A DNA stretch of 63,824 bases, counting the filler, from Stramenopiles sp. TOSAG23-3 (Eukaryota), in assembly GCA_900128585.1 (NCBI GenBank). It is 10 parts of 10 records of this genome, joined end to end, with 100 filler letters (N's around TTAATTAATTAA, not from the genome) between each part and the next. Parts side by side here need not be neighbours in the genome. Positions count along the whole stretch, not along the records: positions 42,206 to 50,528 come from LT643035.1; positions 50,629 to 58,949 come from LT643036.1; 8 more parts are not named here. One strand, 5' to 3'. Both the position numbers and the translations under genes were made by a program. Below the pieces are notes generated by a model. It saw only the letters and a list, made by a program, of their open reading frames with translations, was not told the origin of the DNA and searched no databases. This document shows, piece by piece, positions 44,130-55,411 of the stretch (its first letter is position 1; each line of letters opens with the position of its first letter).

Positions 44130-44964
44130 AACTATAGAATAATTTGTACAAACGTAAAAAGTTTTCCTCTCAAAAGTTATATAACTAGATAGGGATAAGG
44201 TAGATAATACTGTAGGGTGTAAAATTTTTTTAATAACAAAAATAAACTCCTGCGATGATGTGTATATCAAGCTATAATAAGTTATACACAATGTGCCGTA
44301 TGGTATAATATATAGCCTGCCTGCGTGCCTGCCTCCTTCCTTTCTCCTATTATAAAAATAATAGCTAAAATAAGTCTGATAATTTAAAATGTATATATAT
44401 TATAATACATAGTCTAATATGGCCATGGCCACACTGCTCTGTTTATTATTAATTAAATAATTGTTTCTATAGTCTTTCTATTATAGTAGTCGGTCTACTA
44501 GTTAATAATGAGGAGAAAGGATCGAAAGCAATATAATCTATAATAATAAAAGTACAATAGTATTATCCAATTATTAGTATGAACTGGAAGGAAGGAAGGA
44601 AGGAACAGACTACTATATAATACAATATTATATCAAATAATTGGCCTGCAAATGATGATGATGCGGATTATTATTATTGTACGTTATATGATAAGTTACA
44701 GTAGTAGTAGAGAATACAAAAGGAATGCTGGTAAGTAACACAATCACGAACAAGTAGTTTCTCAATTTGCTCAAATTAATTGCCTTCACAGCCATTGGAG
44801 AAACTAGTCGACCCAGTTCACTAAAAATCCAAGATACGGAGAAACACCAAAACGAACCAACAGCGACAAGAAAGGAACACTGTCTAAAGGCAGCAACCAG
44901 AAAGGCGTAGCATCGCATTGTTAACAGATAGCGAGAAGCCCGTCTTGTTTCCCTGGCAGGAAAA

Positions 44965-47900
44965 ATGAGCGACGAAAAAAAAGATGACGAGAAGAATGAA
45001 GACGAAGAAACCAAGGAAGAGGACGAGGAAGAGGACGAGGAAGGGGAAGAATCTGAAGAAGAAGAGGAGGAGGACGACGAGGAGGAGGAGGACGAGGAGT
45101 TGTACGACCGCGATACAGGCCAACTATACGGAGAGGCAGAACAAACTTGGTCCCTCGTGCACTTCAACGATAAAAAACATATGAAGTATTATAAATACGC
45201 CCAAGATCGAACTGCAAAAGACATAGCTGAACTTAGTAGGATCAGGACTTGGAAGTGCAATATCCGCTCGTGCAAATATACCCACGAATGGACAGAAGGG
45301 GACCAGAACGACATTTTCCTGAAATTTTTTGTTAGTTGTAATTATGTATGCAGGAAGATATCGGTTCGAACGCAGGAGAAGGACCCAAACACGGGAAAAC
45401 GTCTACGAAAGAAAGTTTGGAAAACCGCGGGCACTGAAGGCCACATGTTGGTTACTGATTTGCATATGGATATGGCCGTTTACGAGGAAAGGGAATACAA
45501 CGGCTTCGAGCACAAATTGGTATTAAAAATGTCTTATTTTGAGCTTTACGATAAGAAAATTCGCATTGAGATTTGGGATTACCACAACCTGATGCCCAAC
45601 GAACGGATGGGAACCGTCGAGAGATCCATGGTCCACGTCGCAAGGGACGTGTTGAATCAGGTATGGACCTGCAAAGAAGTTACCGTGCAGAAAAAGCGAA
45701 AATCACAGAAAGACATTGGGACCGTAAAATTTATTTGCGAACTGCAAGAAGTGTTGCATTTTGAATTGCAACTTCAAAATTGGCAAGGATCTTTGAAAAC
45801 GGATATTATGCAGATCAATGACGACTCCGCGAAAGACGAAGAACAATCTCGAGTAGTCTTCATGACTTACAAAATAGGGGGCGGATTTTTTCGTTCCAAG
45901 TTTCCGGCATGGTTGACAAAGAAGAGGATGAAGTCCAAGGAATCTGCCGTTTCGTACGATTTTAGGAAAAATGTTCAACAGTTTGAAGAGTTTGTGTACC
46001 CACACTTTCGTACCAGTGGGAAAATGATGTACACTGGGACGCGTACTGAGTTAGAAGACGAACTGTTGCAAGTAAAAGTTTTTCACAAGATCTTCGGGAA
46101 AAATCGCTTAGTGGGAAAAGGCTATGCCACTTTAGATGGTTGTGCGGTTGGTGCTGCGCTCAGTACAAATATATCGTGGGGCTTAAGACAGCGAAAAAAT
46201 AGCCCACTGCTGGCAGGAAGGGTCAGTGGCTCTATGGACGTGAATTGCCCGTTGGCACCACTGTGGCGCGAGTACTCTCAGATAGGCGTTGCACAGCCTC
46301 AGGAACTGCAAGTGTATAAGCCGTTTGAATATTGTTACCTATGCGTTCGAATTGTCCGGGCCAAAGACCTCCGGGGAGTCAACGATAACGGTTTATCGGA
46401 CCCTTACGTTACCGTGGAATGGGGAGATATGTGCCAGCAGACTGCCGTTCGATTCGATGACTGTGACCCGGAGTTCAACGAAACTTTATATTTCCGGATC
46501 AAATCGAGGCTTCCGGACATTCCGCAAAAAGATGAGTTCAGTGAGTATCCGTACATAACATTGAATGTTTGGGATTACGACCCAGCTGGAAACAGCGATA
46601 ATTTAGGAACAGCACGGTTTTACTTGCACAACATAACCGGTCCAAGGCCGTACAAACCGTACAAAAAAGAAGACCCACTGAACCACCCCAACTGGAAACC
46701 TAGCGTTCCGAGAAAAAGAGTGTGTAAGTTTCGGACTCGTCGGTACGCACCGATCCGAGAACATACCATTATGACCCGTTCGTGCATGCAAACCACGAAA
46801 CTCGACGGCCTCCCTACTCATATAGAGAGTCTACTGACAGTAGAATCGTGGTTTCACGGACCCGGGTATATCGGCGAAGACAAAAAACCGAAAGGCACGT
46901 CCACGCATGCAACCATAAAAGTTGAGGATGAAATGTCCATGCGAAGGGCCGTTGATGCCCAAAACGCCCAAAACGAGGCCGCAAAGAAGAATGATACTGC
47001 TTCCAACAGCGTTGCCCCGGTAAGCTACCGTAAAACATATCATACGGAAAATATGAAGCGCAGCGGCGATCTAGTGCAGCTGGCACACAGGAAGAAAGAC
47101 GACGAGGGAAACTACGTTGGCCATCGGGTGCCTGCAGGCTTGCTATATTTGGACTTTTACGAGATGGGGCAAGAAGCTAGAGAAACCCCAGAAGAGGAAA
47201 ACCTGGTTGCGGGGTTCGAGGATTACATGAAGCGCCAGCAATTCGGGAGACGGTTCCTTCAGTTCGACAAAGGGAGCACGTCCAACGGTGTCCGCGGATC
47301 TAACCAGTACGGCCAAATGGTTCTCATGCCAAAGTTACTATCCGCCATTGTGCCTCCGTACGACATGGTGAATGACATGGAGCGCAAATATATGATATGC
47401 CTGGATTCAATGAAACCCATCACGTCTCAAAAAATCGCACGTTTTGTGAACGCAATAGAATTTGAATTCATCGACGAAGAAGTCGAACATATCAGCACCG
47501 CATCTCCAGGATCCTGGTGCAACCCGTCATATTTTTTGAAATCTCGAAAAGGCGATGTTCGCGCGCACTGTTTGCTCCAAGCGTGCCTTATGATTGGGCT
47601 AAAAGTCGACGCGTGGGTAGCCATAGGCGAGGCCAGGCTAAACGACATCCTAGGCGGTAAACGAGAGGGCAGCCACTTTTGGGTTTTGACGCGAGAAAGT
47701 ACCAGCAAGGACAGTCATAAGATTGGAAATTTTCCAGACGTCAAGGAAAAAGGTGCTATCAAGTTTTGGGAAACGACTATCGGAGATAACATTGTGCCCC
47801 TCCTCCCAAACCGTTGGGAGGGCAGGGACGACGCCCTTGCTTACAGAATAGCTACGGGGAAGAACGTGAAAGTGTCTCGAAAGAAAGCAGTTGAAGACGA

Positions 47901-49071
47901 AGGGGGCTCTGGCCTGAAACTGCGAAGACGAAAAAAGCAGATGGCGAAAGACGACGGCAGCGAAGATGACGTATTGCCCGAAGAAGAGGACATGCTTGTG
48001 TTTATGAAGTCAAAGTCTCACACGAAACGAAGCGACGAAACTGTAAATCCCGATAGCATCTTCGTTCACGGCTCCGGCCTCGACGGAGAAACTTGGGGGA
48101 AAACCGACGAAAAATCCATCTTGATGAATGAAGCGCAAGATTTTGAAAAGAAGCGACAGGCTGCCAACGCCGCCAAGTCTAGGGCAGAGAGGGAGCTGGC
48201 GGCCAAACGTCGGGCGGAGAAGACTCCCCAGTTTCACGACAGGAAAGCGTGGATCGAAGAGAACGACAACTACAGCGAGGTGAAAGAGCATAACGACTAC
48301 CCTTACCTCAAATTACGAGCCGTTTTCAACAACAAGCAATTTATGGCTAACGTTCAAAGCACCGATGACCCGACATTGATTGGTTACGATTTTCAGTGGG
48401 CCAACCGCGGCGGCTGGATCCCTTTGATATACGACGAGCCTTTTGAAGCGCCAACCAAGGTAAAGATCGAACCTTCGTTTCAGCCCGTAGCCCTGTCGTC
48501 TAAGATGTCGGACGAAAGCCTTGCGCTGCTGCAGAGCGAAATATTCACTAACCTGGAGGCGGCGATAACGAATCTCCGGTTTGCAAACAACCTGGAGACG
48601 AACTGGAGCGCAAAAAACAATATACAGCCGTTGCTGACCAAAGTTCTGGATGCAAAGCACAACAAAGAACTTGTCCCAAAAGTTGAATCCACGGGCTGGG
48701 TCCACACCGAGCCTGGGGACAAAAAGAAGGGCAAATGGGAGCAAGCGGTGGGAAGACAAATAGAAGAGTACAACAGTAGTCTTGGATTTTACTGGAGCCA
48801 TCAGTACAAGGTCTTTAAGAAGCAGCTCTTTCAAAGTGTACCTCCCGGTTATGTAGGGCGCCTGTTTACTTTGAAATCAGGAAACGTGGACCCGGAAGAA
48901 GTTCGATCTCGAATTTTATCCCATGAATTCAAAGGGAGTACGCCGTGGGAGCTATCATATGGGGCAAAGGAAATGTTTGCACTGGCAGTAAATTTGCACG
49001 CATGGCCTAATTCCGTGTGCAGCGCACACGTTGGCATAATGGTCATTCACCCGGAAGAGGAGGACGATTGA
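44965..49071 (+). CDS. Multi-C2 domain protein with a CEP76/CC2D2A-type transglutaminase-like domain
   Basis: C2: RIVRAKDLRGVNDNGLSDPYVTVEW...VWDYDPAGNSDNLG. TGL-like: WCNPSYFLKSRKGDVRAHCLLQACL..AWVAIG..HFWVLT..FWET, YPYLKLRAVFNNKQFMANVQ. Intronless, 1368 aa. Confidence 0.8.
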   Translation: MSDEKKDDEKNEDEETKEEDEEEDEEGEESEEEEEEDDEEEEDEELYDRDTGQLYGEAEQTWSLVHFNDKKHMKYYKYAQDRTAKDIAELSRIRTWKCNIRSCKYTHEWTEGDQNDIFLKFFVSCNYVCRKISVRTQEKDPNTGKRLRKKVWKTAGTEGHMLVTDLHMDMAVYEEREYNGFEHKLVLKMSYFELYDKKIRIEIWDYHNLMPNERMGTVERSMVHVARDVLNQVWTCKEVTVQKKRKSQKDIGTVKFICELQEVLHFELQLQNWQGSLKTDIMQINDDSAKDEEQSRVVFMTYKIGGGFFRSKFPAWLTKKRMKSKESAVSYDFRKNVQQFEEFVYPHFRTSGKMMYTGTRTELEDELLQVKVFHKIFGKNRLVGKGYATLDGCAVGAALSTNISWGLRQRKNSPLLAGRVSGSMDVNCPLAPLWREYSQIGVAQPQELQVYKPFEYCYLCVRIVRAKDLRGVNDNGLSDPYVTVEWGDMCQQTAVRFDDCDPEFNETLYFRIKSRLPDIPQKDEFSEYPYITLNVWDYDPAGNSDNLGTARFYLHNITGPRPYKPYKKEDPLNHPNWKPSVPRKRVCKFRTRRYAPIREHTIMTRSCMQTTKLDGLPTHIESLLTVESWFHGPGYIGEDKKPKGTSTHATIKVEDEMSMRRAVDAQNAQNEAAKKNDTASNSVAPVSYRKTYHTENMKRSGDLVQLAHRKKDDEGNYVGHRVPAGLLYLDFYEMGQEARETPEEENLVAGFEDYMKRQQFGRRFLQFDKGSTSNGVRGSNQYGQMVLMPKLLSAIVPPYDMVNDMERKYMICLDSMKPITSQKIARFVNAIEFEFIDEEVEHISTASPGSWCNPSYFLKSRKGDVRAHCLLQACLMIGLKVDAWVAIGEARLNDILGGKREGSHFWVLTRESTSKDSHKIGNFPDVKEKGAIKFWETTIGDNIVPLLPNRWEGRDDALAYRIATGKNVKVSRKKAVEDEGGSGLKLRRRKKQMAKDDGSEDDVLPEEEDMLVFMKSKSHTKRSDETVNPDSIFVHGSGLDGETWGKTDEKSILMNEAQDFEKKRQAANAAKSRAERELAAKRRAEKTPQFHDRKAWIEENDNYSEVKEHNDYPYLKLRAVFNNKQFMANVQSTDDPTLIGYDFQWANRGGWIPLIYDEPFEAPTKVKIEPSFQPVALSSKMSDESLALLQSEIFTNLEAAITNLRFANNLETNWSAKNNIQPLLTKVLDAKHNKELVPKVESTGWVHTEPGDKKKGKWEQAVGRQIEEYNSSLGFYWSHQYKVFKKQLFQSVPPGYVGRLFTLKSGNVDPEEVRSRILSHEFKGSTPWELSYGAKEMFALAVNLHAWPNSVCSAHVGIMVIHPEEEDD

Positions 49072-49278
49072 ATTGTTTGAATTTTAAAAACACAGGAAAA
49101 TGGTTTGTAAACGTAACTTAAAATAGTTGGATTTAGATTTTTTCTTCACACAGGGGCTATAATTTACGAATACTTGTAATTTTTTCCCTTTCAAAAGACC
49201 ACATGCACTTGTGTGAAGGCACGCGTAATGTCACACCAAAAGAGCGTGCGCGCGCCCGTTTTTCTCGCATTTTATTTA

Positions 49279-49956
49279 TTACTGCAACATGCAACCGCTC
49301 TTCCCCCCTCGATCATGCACCTTAGCGGGGCGATTCTCAGTCTCATCATCACGTTGGTAGTCCACAATGGCGGCCTGAATGGGCTTCACGGCGACGTCCA
49401 TTTCGGGTTTTGTCAAAACTACCCCAGCCAGGTCTGCCGCAATGCGGAAAAAGCTACTGCTGACCATGTCTCCAGTTTTCGCGCTGACGAAATAGGAGTA
49501 CATATCATTTTCTTCTGCAAAATTATTGTGCTTGTCGCGGCTAATTGCCCGCAAATGGCTCATGTCTGTTTTGTTCCCAACCAGGGCGGTGTAAGGCATC
49601 TTTGCTTTCTCAAACGTTTTTCTAACTAAACGGTACCAATCCTCCAGATTTTGGAAACTATCTTTGGAGGTAATGTCATAGCACAAAAGTACAGCGTGCG
49701 CTCCGTAGATATAATTTTTAATCATCTTCCCACCAATGCTTTGGCCCCCAATATCCCATACTTGCATCGCTACTTGCGTATTCCCCGGAAGCACCAACCG
49801 TTTCATAAAAAAATCCAAGCCAATTGTCTGCTTGTACTGTTGCGCAAAGTGATTGTTGCAAAACCTCATCGCAATGGAGGTTTTCCCTACGGCGCCATCC
49901 CCCAACAAAATGACTTTGAACTGGTGCTGGTCGACCTCGTCCTCACTGTCAGACAT
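49279..49956 (-). CDS. RAB28: Rab28 small GTPase
   Basis: GDGAVGKTS, YKQTIGLDFF, Rab28-type WDIGGQ, NKTD, SAKTG; CaaX CMLQ. Confidence 0.93.
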   Translation of the reverse strand: MSDSEDEVDQHQFKVILLGDGAVGKTSIAMRFCNNHFAQQYKQTIGLDFFMKRLVLPGNTQVAMQVWDIGGQSIGGKMIKNYIYGAHAVLLCYDITSKDSFQNLEDWYRLVRKTFEKAKMPYTALVGNKTDMSHLRAISRDKHNNFAEENDMYSYFVSAKTGDMVSSSFFRIAADLAGVVLTKPEMDVAVKPIQAAIVDYQRDDETENRPAKVHDRGGKSGCMLQ

Positions 49957-50451
49957 GCTACTACGAAACCGAAGAAATCAATTCCCTTAATCAACAGAAC
50001 AATTGATTTTACTATTTTACTTACTGCATAAAATTTTAATTGTCTGAAAATGACAATAAACCCCTCCCTCCCTCGCACCCTACATTTTGTTTCTAATCTT
50101 TCCGATCGTTAATTTATCTCTGCCATATCATACATAAAAACAATACTATTACTAGAACGACAAACGGCGGTACTCAATTATTATTATTATTATAATAATA
50201 ATAAATTAATATATAACCGTACTACTAGTCTAGACTACGACTATTAAAAAAAAAAAATTATTTTAAATTCATCTAAATAAATTTTTTTATTATAAATATA
50301 AAATACGAAGAAAAAGAAAGAATAAAAAAAGAAGAAGGAGAAAAAAAAGCTTTTCTTTTTCAATCATATTTTATAATAACAGTAGAGAGGGAGAAGAAGG
50401 ACGACGATGTGTTCTGTAATTTAAAAAAACAAATTCCATCTTAAATTGATT

Positions 50452-50452
50452 C

Positions 50453-50527
<75 letters not shown>

Positions 50528-50528
50528 T
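50452..50528. repeat. (CTTT)n microsatellite ending the contig
   Basis: Perfect CTTT run up to the linker. Confidence 0.92.
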
Positions 50529-50859
50529 NNNNNNNNNNNNNNNNNNNNNNNNNNNNNNNNNNNNNNNNNNNNTTAATTAATTAANNNNNNNNNNNNNNNN
50601 NNNNNNNNNNNNNNNNNNNNNNNNNNNNTAAAATTAATAACCGAATCTCTTCTAAAAAGGATCACAGCTAAACCATCAATCAATCAATCACACGAAGAAA
50701 GAAGAAAAAAGGACTAACAATTGACTTAAAACATATGTTTACTATGTGCCATATAATTATTTGTTTTCTATTTATGATCTCTAATTTCATTTTTTCATTA
50801 TTTTCATAATACATCATACTATTATACTCGTTGTTTTTAGTAGCCTTCCTTATTTCCAA

Positions 50860-50970
50860 GTACGTACCCCGTACCTATAATAATAATATTATATTATTAT
50901 AATGGTTTCCAACAACTTCGTACCGGTACGTAAAATTAATACCCTACGGGTGGTACCCCTACTACCGTAC
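50860..50970. promoter_or_regulatory. Cluster of seven GTAC motifs upstream of the YeiH-like gene (putative)
   Basis: GTAC at 50860, 50864, 50871, 50920, 50926, 50953 and 50967. Confidence 0.3.
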
Positions 50971-51200
50971 CGGCTAAAATTATACGTAACCACCACCAAC
51001 AAACACCTTTCGTTGAGATCCAAAATCCAAACCTATACTGTAAATTATTATTATAAGGACTAATGCTAGATTCGAAATTGTGGGGGACATTTGGTCTTCA
51101 AGAGGCTGGTGCTGAGTTAACAACGGGAAATTTTGGATTCGAAAAGATTGGCTATGCACCAGCTCGAATTTTACTTCGAGAGAACGAACGCTTTTTTCTG

Positions 51201-52592
51201 ATGTTCTCCGTGGCGTCGAAACGGGCGTTTCTACGCTCCTGCAAGGGCGGAGGCGCACTACGTTCCAACTTGTTTCGTGGACATGGTAGGATCGACCGGG
51301 GGTTTCGCCCCTTCCGGTTCCATCGACCTCATGAGTTTCAAAACGACAACATTAAAGTTAGGGGCATATTCAATAAATCAAGCGTTTGTTTTTCTGAAAA
51401 TAGTGATAAAGAACCGGCAACACCGACGGCTGAGCCCCCAGCGATCGTGAAGTATGCCCCAGGCATCGCGTTGGCACTCTGCGTTTCGGAAGCGTCGTTT
51501 TTGGTGGCGGGCGAGCTTGGAAAGGGTTTGTTGAGCATGCAAGGCATTGAAAATGTTGCAAGCAGCCCGATATCGGGCATCCCAGTCGCCATAATGATAG
51601 GCCTGGTGCTCGGGAACACATTGAAGCTCCCAACAGCCACTTCCGCAGGCTTGAAGTTTTCGACGACCACGATATTGCGGGCAGGAATTATATGCGTCGG
51701 CGCGAAGTTGAGCGCCGTGGAGCTAATGAGCGGCGGGCTGGTAGGCATCCCGGCAGTCTTGCTCTCTGTCGGCACCGGCCTTGCATTCGTGCAGTGGTTT
51801 GGCAAGAAAATGGACCTTCCCCCTCGAATGTCCTCTTTGATTGCAGCGGGAACCTCCATATGTGGTGTCACGGCGATCACTGCGGTCGCCCCGGCAATCA
51901 AAGCCAAGCCCGAAGAGGTCTCCTATGCCGTCGCAAACGTTGTTGCGTTCGGTACGTGCGGGCTGCTCGTGTACCCATACTTGGCGCATGCCATATTCGA
52001 CAATTCTCAGCAGATTGGAATGTGGCTGGGGATGGCGATACACGACACCTCCCAGGTTATTGGCAGCGCGCTGACGTACCACGAAGTCTACGACGATGAG
52101 GTTGTTTTGAAAGCGGCCACCATCACGAAATTGACTCGGAACGTGCTTTTGGCAGGGGTCATCCCCACGCTTGCATACACGCACGCGAAAGCCGGGGCGG
52201 GAAGCAACCAATCGGCTGATGGCATTGAAGCCCCGAAGCTGACACTTTCTCTAGTAAAAAAGTACATACCTACGTTCGTGTATGGGTTCATAGGCATGGC
52301 GTGCTTGCGTTCCATAGGCGACGTGACGCTCGCGTCCAATGGCGCCGCGCTCGGTGTTTTGGACGGCCAAGAGTGGAAAGATCTTGTGAAATTTACAGGA
52401 GGGTACTTTGGAAGCCACGTCTGTCTTGGCACAGCGATGGCCGCGGTTGGAATGAGCACAGACATATCTATTTTGCGCAAAGGTAATTTGGGAATACGGC
52501 CGTTCGTCGTTGGCATGACCGGATCTTTGGTCCTGGGCGCCACGGGGTTTTGTAGTGTAACAGGGTTGAATTATTTAGGTCTGCTAGGGTGA
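51201..52592 (+). CDS. YeiH/UPF0324 (putative sulfate exporter family) membrane protein with an N-terminal Arg-rich presequence
   Basis: LRAGIICVGAKL, LIAAGTSICGVTAITAVAPAIKA, WLGMAIHDTSQV, ATITKLTRNVLL, AMAAVGM. The ATG at 51201 begins MFSVASKRAFLRSCK. Confidence 0.85.
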   Translation: MFSVASKRAFLRSCKGGGALRSNLFRGHGRIDRGFRPFRFHRPHEFQNDNIKVRGIFNKSSVCFSENSDKEPATPTAEPPAIVKYAPGIALALCVSEASFLVAGELGKGLLSMQGIENVASSPISGIPVAIMIGLVLGNTLKLPTATSAGLKFSTTTILRAGIICVGAKLSAVELMSGGLVGIPAVLLSVGTGLAFVQWFGKKMDLPPRMSSLIAAGTSICGVTAITAVAPAIKAKPEEVSYAVANVVAFGTCGLLVYPYLAHAIFDNSQQIGMWLGMAIHDTSQVIGSALTYHEVYDDEVVLKAATITKLTRNVLLAGVIPTLAYTHAKAGAGSNQSADGIEAPKLTLSLVKKYIPTFVYGFIGMACLRSIGDVTLASNGAALGVLDGQEWKDLVKFTGGYFGSHVCLGTAMAAVGMSTDISILRKGNLGIRPFVVGMTGSLVLGATGFCSVTGLNYLGLLG

Positions 52593-54201
52593 GCATGTTT
52601 GGCGGGGCGAAGTATTTATTGTCAGGCGGGCTGGACTGTTTGTTTTGCTTAAAAGATGAATGAACATTGTTGTAGAAACCATTTTCATTGGATGAGGAAC
52701 AAGGCAGATGGACGGCATTGTCAGTCCAGTCGGTGACGTCATAGAGAAATTTAATAATGTTCAACGCCCTGAGAACTTTATGTTTAAGCTACTAAGAATT
52801 TTATGACAATACTATACTTCATAAATTCATAAATATCAATTTGGCAAAAGCCTTGATTTTGATTTTGATTTTGATCTCTTGAGATGGGTGGTACTTTTCA
52901 ACTATTTAAACCCTATTATTAACTACCATTCTTTCTCTCCCTCAATTAAGGGTTAATGTTAGGGTTATAGAAAATATCCTTACAGTACGAATCTATAATA
53001 TTAAGGTATAATTATAAAATATGAATATAATATTTAATTGAAAAATAATATTAATATATATATAGACTATCTACTATAGCTATTAAATATAAATAAATAT
53101 AAAATTATAAATATAAAATTATACTCCTTAAATAAATTAAATCCTAAAACAAAATGAAGCCCTAATCGAAAAACAACTTATCCGTTTTTTACAATAAAAG
53201 CAAAGAAGAAGAAGAAGGAATAAAAAAGAAAAAATTTAAAAAAAAGGATCGAAGGAAGAAAATGCTTTTTTTTTTTTTTTTAAATTTGTTATTTCCTATA
53301 CTATGTAGCTGTTGTTAAAACTAATGTGTCCTCCTCCATCCCTCCCCCGTTTTTTTTCTTTTCTTTTTCTACTTCTTCTTCTCCTTCTTTTTTATTAAAA
53401 TTAGTTGTTTTCAATACTGTGTACCTGTTATAAAAAGTAAAAAAAATTAAAAAAAAAAGTCACGCATTATAAATTGAACCATCGTCACCACATTTTTTTG
53501 TGGAGAAAAAACTTATTCCTATGCTATGTATATATTAAGTATTATTTCTTCTGCACTGTAAATTCTCAGAACTTTCTTTTTTAAAATGAAAAGTTAGTTC
53601 AAAAATTATGTTTAACAGCTACATACAATAGGGTTCTCTTCAACAAAAATTTATTCGTTTTTTATAAATGGGAAAAAAAAAAAGTAAAAAAGAAATTTCC
53701 GGTATGAATTTCTATGCTGTGTACCTATTATTATGAAATGATAAATTTTCTTTTTTTTGGCTTCTTCCCCCCAAAAAAAGAACAATAAAAAAAAAACGTT
53801 ACAACAATTTATTTCATGTTATTTAATGTTAAATGTTGTTGCTGTTTCACTTGATTTTGTTTTTGTTTCATTGGGGGAAAAAAAAAATAAGTTAGTCTCT
53901 AAAATTAATGATTTCCAATATACATACACACAGCATAGGTAATGTAAAAACACCCATCGGTTTTAGTAGTTAACCCCAGAGCAAACAACCTTCTCTCCCG
54001 CCCTGCCCTGCTTTGCCGTTTTCCTCCCTCACGATGCTTTCTCTCCCTTTAAGTTCTATCGTTTCCAAACCTTTCCCACTTCAAATGAGTTAATATGCCC
54101 GAATTTTAGCCGACAGAAACGGAAGAAAGAAAAAATACAAAGTTCATTTATAACACAAATAAAGTAATTGTAACAACCAAAATCAAACAAGCAACTAAAC
54201 C

Positions 54202-54936
54202 ATGCCATTCACAGCCAAAGTTAAGGGTGCGTCCAAGAGACTCACCATGAGTCTTGCTGATATCAACAAAGCGAAGAAGAAGCAAGCGAAGAAGAAGACC
54301 CCGACGAAGAAGAAGAAGGCGACGCCAAAGAAGAAGGCCGGCAAGAAGAAAGCTACTCCAAAGAAGAAGAAGAAGAAAGCTACGCCAAAGAAGCGCGCTG
54401 CACCGAAGAAGAAGACGAAGGCTGCCACCAAAGCCAAGGGAAGCAAAGCCGTCAAGGCCGCCAAATCCAAGGCCGCTGCCTCTGTAAAGAGAAAGGCTGC
54501 GTTGGCAAAGAAGAAAGGCAAAGCCAAGCCAAAGAAGGCCGTCAAGAAAGCCGTCAAGAAAGCCACCAAGAAAGCCGCAAAGAAAGCCGTAAAGAAGGTG
54601 ACCAAGAAGAAGGCCGCCTCAAAGAAGAAGAAGGCCGCCCCAAAGAAGAAGAAGGCCGCCCCAAAGAAGAAGAAGGCCGCCCCAAAGAAGAAGGCCGCCA
54701 AGAAGAAGGCTGCCCCAAAGAAGAAGAAGGCCACCCCAAAGAAGAAGAAGGCCGCCCCAAAGAAGAAGGCCGCCAAGAAAAAGGCTGCCCCTAAGAAGAG
54801 GGCTGCCCCTAAGAAGGCCACCAAAAAGAAGGCTGCCCCAAAGAAGAAGGCCGCCGCCAAGGCCAAAAAGTCCAAAGCTGCCGCCACAAAGAAGCGCGCC
54901 GCTGCCGCGAAGAAGAAGAGGGCATCGAAAAAGTAA
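54202..54936 (+). CDS. Histone H1-like Lys/Ala/Pro-rich protein lacking a globular domain
   Basis: 244 aa, about half Lys, one acidic residue. AAPKKK(K) and TPKK repeats, strong AAG/GCC codon bias, ATG after an A-rich leader. Confidence 0.85.
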   Translation: MPFTAKVKGASKRLTMSLADINKAKKKQAKKKTPTKKKKATPKKKAGKKKATPKKKKKKATPKKRAAPKKKTKAATKAKGSKAVKAAKSKAAASVKRKAALAKKKGKAKPKKAVKKAVKKATKKAAKKAVKKVTKKKAASKKKKAAPKKKKAAPKKKKAAPKKKAAKKKAAPKKKKATPKKKKAAPKKKAAKKKAAPKKRAAPKKATKKKAAPKKKAAAKAKKSKAAATKKRAAAAKKKRASKK

Positions 54937-55411
54937 ATGATCCATGATCGAGACTGACCCTTTTGCATTTAATGTAATTAAGAAACCATACCACAGTCGT
55001 TTGTGTAGAGTCTTTCTGCAGCTGCAACGACAGAAATGAGCTGTGAAGTGCAACTGTGCACCCGGTAAATGGCACAAACAGGAGACGCATACTTTTGTGG
55101 TATCATACAAATGCAAAACGAAAGGAAGCCAACTTTTTACAAACCCGTATCGTAAATTCTTACGTAAAATATTTTTTAAAAAATTTATATAATTTTTATC
55201 TAAATATGTTTAAATAAAATAAAAACTTAATACACAAGATCTCTCATGCTTTTAAGATTTACAATTTTAAACCCCAGAGAACAACGTTGTGCATTAGCTA
55301 GAGTAAGATGTAACACTCGCACGCGCGCTTCGCTAATTCGCCCTAAGAACCTCTTGAAAAACAACACCGGTCACGCGTTACGCACACTCTACTTTTACGT
55401 GGTCCTTCATT

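Noticed and set aside
37786..49956. Ciliary gene cluster CEP44 + C2-TGL + Rab28
   Set aside because: CEP44 is on a different contig; only the last two are truly adjacent.
14470..52970. Telomeric repeats (TTAGGG at about 14481, 18115, 19701, 37367, 52959)
   Set aside because: Isolated monomers only, with no tandem array.
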